Made by a program: the position numbers and the translations under genes. The notes beneath the pieces were generated by a model. The model worked only from the letters and a program-made list of their open reading frames with translations. It was not told the origin of the DNA and searched no databases. Shown here one piece after another: positions 58,791 through 64,000 of a DNA stretch of 64,000 bases; the stretch's first letter is position 1; every line of letters begins with the position of its first letter. The DNA lies in assembly GCA_009379925.1 (NCBI GenBank), contig WHSU01000003.1:10160-74159 (forward strand). Direction: 5' to 3'. This DNA comes from Dehalococcoidia bacterium. Lineage in GTDB: Bacteria; Chloroflexota; Dehalococcoidia; UBA2979.

Positions 58791-59768
58791 ATGGCCGGCC
58801 TCGACACCCTCCCCGACGCGCCCGCGATCGCCCGCATCGTCGCCGCGTGCGGCCTCGAGCCGCACGACCTGCGTGTCCTCGGGCAGGGCGTCACCGCCAT
58901 CGCCTGGCGCGTTGAGACGGACGAGGGCGCCGTGGTGGTGCGTGTCGAGCTGCCGGAGCGGCCGCTGTCAACGGCCAACGCGCCCGCGCGTTTCGACGCG
59001 CAGGCGGCGGCCGTCCTCCGTCTCCGCGCCCTCGACGAGCGCGTCCCGCGGCACATCGCAACCGACCGCAGCATCGAGGCAGACCCGCTGGCGGGCCGCT
59101 GGCACTGGTCCGTGGACAGCTACGCCTCGGGCACCTCGTTCACGGAGGCCGGCTCCCCGCCCGAGGTCGCACGCGACCTCGGCGGCTTGCTCGCGGCTTT
59201 ACACGCCCTGCCCGTCGAGGGCTTCGGGATGCTGGAGGACCGCAGCGAGGTGCTGCGCGGCGGCGAGTCCGGCATGACCGACGGGTTGCTATCGAGGTGG
59301 GCAACACTCTGGCCCTTCGACGGCTCGCCGCTCATCGCCCATCCCGTCGCCCGCCTCGCCCCGCAACACCTCGAGGCTCTCGCCCGCATGCGCGACCCCC
59401 TGCTCCGCTACCTCGCCGTGCCAGTCGCGGCCGTATGCCACGGCGACCTGCACGGCGAGCACATCCTCGTCGAAGATGGGCGGCTCGCCCACGTCATCGA
59501 CTTCGGCGACGCCTACGTCGCGCATCCCTCGTGGGACCTCGCGTCGTTCGCGCACCACAACGGGTGGGCGCTGACGGAGGCGCTCATCGAGGGCTACGAG
59601 CCCAAGCGCATCCTCCGCGAGGTGCGCCTGGCCGAAGCGCAGCAACTCGCGGTGGCGCTGGCGCTGCAGAAGGTCGTCAAGTTCCACACCCGAGACGAGC
59701 GGCGGCTCGCCCGCATGCTCACCTTCCTCGAGGAGACACTGCCCCTTGCTCTAGCGACCGTGCGGTAG
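58791..59768 (+). CDS. Aminoglycoside phosphotransferase (APH)/protein-kinase-like family protein
   Basis: VCHGDLHGEHILVEDGRLAHVIDFGDAYVAHPSWDLA (Brenner motif HGDxxxxN-like plus DFG-like). Confidence 0.85.
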   Translation: MAGLDTLPDAPAIARIVAACGLEPHDLRVLGQGVTAIAWRVETDEGAVVVRVELPERPLSTANAPARFDAQAAAVLRLRALDERVPRHIATDRSIEADPLAGRWHWSVDSYASGTSFTEAGSPPEVARDLGGLLAALHALPVEGFGMLEDRSEVLRGGESGMTDGLLSRWATLWPFDGSPLIAHPVARLAPQHLEALARMRDPLLRYLAVPVAAVCHGDLHGEHILVEDGRLAHVIDFGDAYVAHPSWDLASFAHHNGWALTEALIEGYEPKRILREVRLAEAQQLAVALALQKVVKFHTRDERRLARMLTFLEETLPLALATVR

Positions 59769-59811
59769 GCTCCTCCGGCGCCCGCAGGGACCGCTGGCGG
59801 TACTCCGTCCG

Positions 59812-59891
59812 CCGCTCACGCTGAGCCCGTCGAAGCGCGAGCGGCTCCGGCGGGAAGTCCGCCCACCCTTCGACAGGCTCAGGGTGAGCGG
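59812..59891. repeat. Inverted pair of the dispersed palindromic repeat (extended hairpin)
   Basis: ccgctcacgctgagcccgtcgaagcgcgagcgg (59812-59844) faces ccgcccacccttcgacaggctcagggtgagcgg (59859-59891). Confidence 0.85.
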
Positions 59892-59908
59892 ATTGCTAGT
59901 TCCGGACT

Positions 59909-59935
59909 CCCCTCGCCCGCAGCGTGGGAGAGGGG
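59909..59935. other. GC-rich hairpin of the 'CCCCTC.CC ... GG.GAGGGG' class
   Basis: cccctcgccc-gcagcgt-gggagagggg (one mismatch). Related in sequence to 30171-30199. Confidence 0.5.
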
Positions 59936-59978
59936 TTGCCTGCCGGGTATCCCGGCGCATTGGACAGGGTGAGGGGCC

Positions 59979-60701
59979 ATGCCGCACATCGAGACGCCCG
60001 AGGGCATCCGCATCCGCTACGACGAACGCGGGCCGCGCGACGCACGGCCGCTGGTGCTGGCGCACGGCTTCGGCGTGAGCCTGGAGATGTGGCTGCCGCA
60101 GACCCGCGCGCTGGCCGAGGACTACCGGCTGATCACGTGGGACGCCCGCGGCCACGGCGGCTCCTCGGCGCCGGCGGCCGTCGAGGACTACACGATGCCG
60201 GCGCTGGCCCGCGACCTGCGCGGGCTGCTCGAGGCCCTCGACGCGACCGAGGGCGCGGTCATCGGCGGCATGTCGTTCGGCGGGATGATCGCGACGCAAT
60301 ACGCCGTGGACTACCCGGACGGCCTCCACGCCCTCGTGCTCTCCGACACTACCACGCGTGGCGACGCCCCGCCTCGCGCGCGCGGCGACACCGCCGAGGA
60401 GTACGCCGGCGACCCGGGCATCGAGGGCGGCCTGCACGCGATGGCGACCCGTCCGGACCTCACGCCACACCTCGGTGAGCTATCGATGCCGGCGCTGGTC
60501 ATCGTCGGCGAGCACGACGAGATGATCCTGTCCGGCCTCCCGAGGCTGATCGACGGCCTCCCGAGTCGGCGCGTCGTCCGCCTCGAAGGCTGCTTCCACG
60601 GCACCTCGGGCCAGCGCCCGGCGGCGTGGAACGATGCCGTGCTGCGCTTCCTCCGCGACGTGGAGGCCGGCGCGCCGCTGGGTGAGGACGAGTGGGTTTA
60701 G
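59979..60701 (+). CDS. Alpha/beta hydrolase
   Basis: PLVLAHGFG and the GGMSFGG nucleophile elbow (GxSxG). GAGGGG RBS. Confidence 0.9.
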   Translation: MPHIETPEGIRIRYDERGPRDARPLVLAHGFGVSLEMWLPQTRALAEDYRLITWDARGHGGSSAPAAVEDYTMPALARDLRGLLEALDATEGAVIGGMSFGGMIATQYAVDYPDGLHALVLSDTTTRGDAPPRARGDTAEEYAGDPGIEGGLHAMATRPDLTPHLGELSMPALVIVGEHDEMILSGLPRLIDGLPSRRVVRLEGCFHGTSGQRPAAWNDAVLRFLRDVEAGAPLGEDEWV

Positions 60702-60720
60702 CGTTCCCGCCGCGTCGCGG

Positions 60721-61296
60721 TCACGCCCCGCCGGGAACGCGGATGCCCTGCTGCGCGGCGCGGACCGTGCCCGAAATGCGCTTCTCGCGGGTGGCGGCGG
60801 TCTTCGCGCTCTTAACCCACCAGAGGAACCCCATCTTCGCCGAACGCGGGTACGCCTCGAAGTTCGAGGCGGCCTCCGGCACGCCGGCAAGCGCGACGGC
60901 GAGGTCGTCCGGGACCACGAGGGCTTCGATGTCGTCGAGGACGGTCCAGGAGCCGTTCTGCTTCGCCTCCCGGACCTTCGCGCGCCCGGCCTCGGCCATC
61001 AGGCCGGCGCGCTCCAGCTGGGCGACGCGGCGCTTGTTCGTCCCGGCCCAGTTGCTGCCGGGCCGGCGAGGCGAGAAGTACATCATCGAGCGGTCGTCAT
61101 CGACCCGCCGCCGGGTCCCGTCGATCCATCCGAAGCAAAGGGCTTCCTCCACCTGGTGCTCGTAGTCCAGGTAGTCCGGGTGGTGCTTCTTGTAGGCGAC
61201 CAACCAGATGCCGCCACTGGAGGCGTGGTTCGCCTGCAGCCATGCCCGCCACTCGGCGCGGCTGTGGAACTCGATCTCGGGCACCTCGCGGCTCAC
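60721..61296 (-). CDS. YdeI/OmpD-associated family protein (DUF1801-related)
   Basis: FHSRAEWRAWLQANHASSGGIWLVAYKK and EEALCFGWIDGTRRRVDDDRSMMYFSPRRPGSNW. Confidence 0.8.
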   Translation of the reverse strand: MSREVPEIEFHSRAEWRAWLQANHASSGGIWLVAYKKHHPDYLDYEHQVEEALCFGWIDGTRRRVDDDRSMMYFSPRRPGSNWAGTNKRRVAQLERAGLMAEAGRAKVREAKQNGSWTVLDDIEALVVPDDLAVALAGVPEAASNFEAYPRSAKMGFLWWVKSAKTAATREKRISGTVRAAQQGIRVPGGA

Positions 61297-61393
61297 ATCG
61301 GCTCACCGTCTCGCGCACCGGGATCGTCCGCCGCCAGCGCTCCCGGCGCTCGAAGCGTAGCCGCCGCCTCGATGTCCGCGCTACCGTTTCGGC

Positions 61394-62095
61394 GTGACGC
61401 AGGACACGCCGCTGCTCTTCCCGTACACCACCACCCCGCCGCGCATCGCGGACGAGCTGATCGCCGCGCTGCGGGGCGTCGAGGGCGTGACGGCCATCTC
61501 CCTCTTCGGCTCGCTGGCCACCGGGACGCACGACGGCTTCTCGGACATCGACCTGATGGTGGGCTACGAGGGTGGCGCGGACATCGAGTGGGCAGCCTCG
61601 GCGGCCATCGACCGTGCGAAGCCCGTCCGGTTCTATCGCGCGTTCTCGGACATGGCGCAGCCCTCGGGCCGCCGCTGGTTCGACGGCGAGTCGCCCTTCC
61701 ACCACGCCGACGTGTCCTTCCGCCCGATGCCGCTCCACGAGCGCGTCCGGGTCGAGGGTGTCCGCGAGGGGTACCCGGTCACCTCGGTGGAAGTCTTCCG
61801 CCGCGAAGCCTGCGCGCCGCAGTCGTCGGGGTCGCCGGGACCCGTCGGCCCGCTGCTCGACATCGGCGACCTCGAACGCGAGGCAGGCGGCGGGGCCTAC
61901 CTGCTCCTGCGCGCGGCGAAGGAGTACCTTCGAGGGCGCAGCGACGAGCCCGCGTGGGACGAGGCGTACCGCACGTTCCTCGGCCGCGTGCGCGGGGCAA
62001 CCGTCACCCGCCGCTTCGCCGGCGGGCGGCTGGGCGAGCTGGTACAGGAATGCCTGGAACTCAAGATGGCGATCGACCGCGCGGGGCAGGGTTAG
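61394..62095 (+). CDS. Nucleotidyltransferase-domain protein (Pol-beta superfamily)
   Basis: ISLFGSLATGTHDGFSDIDLMV (GS-x9-13-DxD). GTG start at 61394. Confidence 0.7.
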   Translation: MTQDTPLLFPYTTTPPRIADELIAALRGVEGVTAISLFGSLATGTHDGFSDIDLMVGYEGGADIEWAASAAIDRAKPVRFYRAFSDMAQPSGRRWFDGESPFHHADVSFRPMPLHERVRVEGVREGYPVTSVEVFRREACAPQSSGSPGPVGPLLDIGDLEREAGGGAYLLLRAAKEYLRGRSDEPAWDEAYRTFLGRVRGATVTRRFAGGRLGELVQECLELKMAIDRAGQG

Positions 62096-62110
62096 CGTGA
62101 GGGACGGGCG

Positions 62111-62896
62111 ATGATCCGCGTGGTGGTGAGCGGCGCCGGACAGATGGGCCGCCTGGTCCTGGAGACCATCGAGGCGCAGGACGACCTCCAGCCCGCCGGC
62201 ATCATCGAGCCGATGGGCGGCGCGGCAGAGGTGCGCGCGACCAGCGGCACCGTCTACGGCACGCACGCGGACCCCGCCGCGCTGTTCGCCGCCGAGCACC
62301 CGGACGTCGTCGTCGACTTCACGAACGCCGCTTTCACGCCTCGGCTGGTCGAGGCCGCGCTGGAGCACGGTGTCCGCCCCGTCATCGGCACCTCCGGGGT
62401 CGACGCCGCCACCCTCGAGCGGCTGCGCGCGGGCCTGGCCGAGCGGCGGCTCGGCGGCGTCGTCGCCTCGAACTTCGCCCTCGGCGCGGTGCTGCTCATG
62501 CACATGGCCATGCTCGCCTCGAAGTTCTTCGACAGCGCCGAGATCATCGAGCTGCACCACGACCGCAAGGTGGACGCGCCCAGCGGCACCGCCCTCACCA
62601 CGGCCAGGCTCATGCGCGAAGCCCGAGGCCGCGACTTCGACCACAACATCCCGGACCTCACCCCCCTCGATGGCACTCGCGGCGGAGAACACGGCGGCAT
62701 CCCCATCCACTCGGTGCGTCTCCCCGGCCTGGTCGCACACCAGGAGGTGCTCTTCGGCGGCACCGGCCAGACCCTCACCCTCCGCCACGACACCACCGGC
62801 CGCGACTCGTTCATGCCCGGCGTGCTGCTGGCAGTCCGGGAGGTCATGCACCGCGAAGCGCTGGTCGAGGGGCTAGACGGGCTAATCGGGCTGTAG
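62111..62896 (+). CDS. dapB: 4-hydroxy-tetrahydrodipicolinate reductase
   Basis: IRVVVSGAGQMG, VVDFT and EIIELHHDRKVDAPSGTA. Confidence 0.95.
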   Translation: MIRVVVSGAGQMGRLVLETIEAQDDLQPAGIIEPMGGAAEVRATSGTVYGTHADPAALFAAEHPDVVVDFTNAAFTPRLVEAALEHGVRPVIGTSGVDAATLERLRAGLAERRLGGVVASNFALGAVLLMHMAMLASKFFDSAEIIELHHDRKVDAPSGTALTTARLMREARGRDFDHNIPDLTPLDGTRGGEHGGIPIHSVRLPGLVAHQEVLFGGTGQTLTLRHDTTGRDSFMPGVLLAVREVMHREALVEGLDGLIGL

Positions 62897-62915
62897 CCCT
62901 CACCGCGACACCAAG

Positions 62916-62965
62916 CATCCGCTCTCCCTGAGCCCGTCGAAGGGTCGCCCGCAGGGCGACGGATG
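62916..62965. repeat. Long-form palindromic repeat copy
   Basis: catccgctctccctgagcccgtcgaagggtcgcccgcagggcgacggatg. Near-identical core to 47026-47075 and 49212-49261. Confidence 0.85.
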
Positions 62966-63052
62966 CGGCTCGACCCCCGGTTAGCCCCCATCGCCCCCGG
63001 CCTCTATGCTGGTTTTTCACGCCGTCGCCCATCGAGGGGGCACGGGCATCGC

Positions 63053-64000
63053 ATGACCGCAGTTCGAGGAGTGGGAGCCGTGGAGCCGAAGGTGGCCGTC
63101 ATCGGGGCGACCGGCGCTGTGGGGGATGTGTTCCTCCGCGTCGCCGAGGAGCGAAACTTCCCGGTGGCCAGGCTCAAGCTCCTGGCGACGGCCCGCTCTG
63201 CCGGCCGGCGCCTGACCTTCCGCGGCGAAGAGATCGAGGTGGAAGAGACCTCCGAGGCCGCGCTCGCCGACTCCGACATCGTCTTCTGCTCCGCCACCTC
63301 GGAGGCCTCGCGTAAGTGGGGGCCGGTGGTGCGTGAGCGCGGCGGCATCATGATCGACGACGGCTCCGCCTACCGCATGGAGGCGAACGTCCCGCTGGTG
63401 GTGCCCGAGGTGAACGGCGACGACCTCGAATGGCACGAGGGCATCGTCTCGATCCCCAACTGCACGACCACCCCCCTGGTGATGGCGCTCGCCGCGATCC
63501 GCACCGTGGCCCCTCTGACGCGCGTCACGGCCGCGACGTACCAGGCCGTGTCCGGCTCGGGCGCCGGCGCGGTCCGCGAGCTGGACGCGCAGCTGCGCGC
63601 CTACGGCCGCGGCGAGCCGGTCCCCGCCCCCGAGGTGTACCCGCACCAGATCGCGCTGAACGTGCTGCCGCAGGTGGACACCTTCGATGAGGACGGCTTC
63701 ACGAAGGAGGAGGCGAAGATGCGCAACGAGACGCGCAAGATCCTCCACCAGCCCGACCTCCCCTTCGCCGCCACCTGCGTGCGCGTGCCGACCTTCGTCG
63801 GGCACGCCGAGGCGGTACACGTGGAACTGGCGCACGACTTCGACCTCGGCGCCGTCCGCGAGGCCATCGGGCAGCAGGCCGGCCTCGAGCTGATGGACGA
63901 CCCGGCGAACTCGGTCTACCCCACGCCGCTGAACACGGCCGGCGACGACCGCGCCTTCGTGGGGCGCCTGCGCGTCGACCCGAGCATCGAGCACGGCGTG
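63053..64000 (+). CDS. asd: Aspartate-semialdehyde dehydrogenase (3' end outside the window)
   Basis: My own translation gives KVAVIGATGAVG, the SIPNCTTTP active-site Cys, and YQAVSGSGAGAV. It is not in the ORF track because it runs off the window. The start could also be the GTG near 63080. Confidence 0.9.
   Translation, partial: MTAVRGVGAVEPKVAVIGATGAVGDVFLRVAEERNFPVARLKLLATARSAGRRLTFRGEEIEVEETSEAALADSDIVFCSATSEASRKWGPVVRERGGIMIDDGSAYRMEANVPLVVPEVNGDDLEWHEGIVSIPNCTTTPLVMALAAIRTVAPLTRVTAATYQAVSGSGAGAVRELDAQLRAYGRGEPVPAPEVYPHQIALNVLPQVDTFDEDGFTKEEAKMRNETRKILHQPDLPFAATCVRVPTFVGHAEAVHVELAHDFDLGAVREAIGQQAGLELMDDPANSVYPTPLNTAGDDRAFVGRLRVDPSIEHGV

Noticed and set aside
61097-62851. 584-aa minus-strand ORF
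   Set aside because: It is antisense to the nucleotidyltransferase and dapB genes. dapB is clearly real (EIIELHHDRKVDAPSGTA).

Overview
High-GC (about 70% by eye) bacterial chromosomal segment with roughly 58 protein genes. I found no rRNA, tRNA, CRISPR array, transposase or integrase. The gene content and a dispersed GC-rich palindromic repeat, which in some frames reads as SLSKG / LRQAQGER / PVEG / FDRLRANG, remind me of Chloroflexota (Thermomicrobia-like). I cannot confirm that from sequence alone. Most of the window is core metabolism and information processing. This includes pdxST, tmk, thiolase, thrB-lysC, dnaE, rsmE-prmA-dnaJ, dnaK-grpE-hrcA with a perfect CIRCE operator and sigma70-type promoter, fabH, rho, transaldolase, pyrG, dapB and asd. 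Accessory or unusual content falls into eleven groups. (1) A 496-aa HEPN-motif gene of visibly lower GC lies divergent from a WYL regulator. (2) Two MoxR-DUF58 modules sit tail-to-tail: one is Bat-like with two VWA proteins, the other carries a transglutaminase-like protein whose Cys-His-Asp triad is fully substituted. (3) Two paralogous Y_phosphatase3-type phosphatases plus repeat clusters are inserted between dnaK and dnaJ. (4) An ECF sigma gene has its conserved region 2 upstream of any in-frame start codon, consistent with a 1-nt frameshift right after an ATG. (5) A candidate yybP-ykoY (Mn2+) riboswitch lies in front of a UPF0016/GDT1 transporter. (6) A heavily structured leader of about 370 nt precedes a LysM-M23 peptidase. 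(7) There are two paralogous membrane-anchored LuxR-HTH proteins with PD40 beta-propeller ectodomains. (8) There are two VapBC modules. (9) A dispersed REP/MITE-like repeat family has at least 10 intergenic copies. (10) A second repeat class consists of near-perfect GC hairpins. (11) A GC hairpin sits between the two convergent genes at 25.4 kb. Many long ORFs in the track are antisense or shadow ORFs typical of high-GC DNA and were rejected. All calls rest on reading the sequence and recalling family signatures. No database search or folding computation was run.
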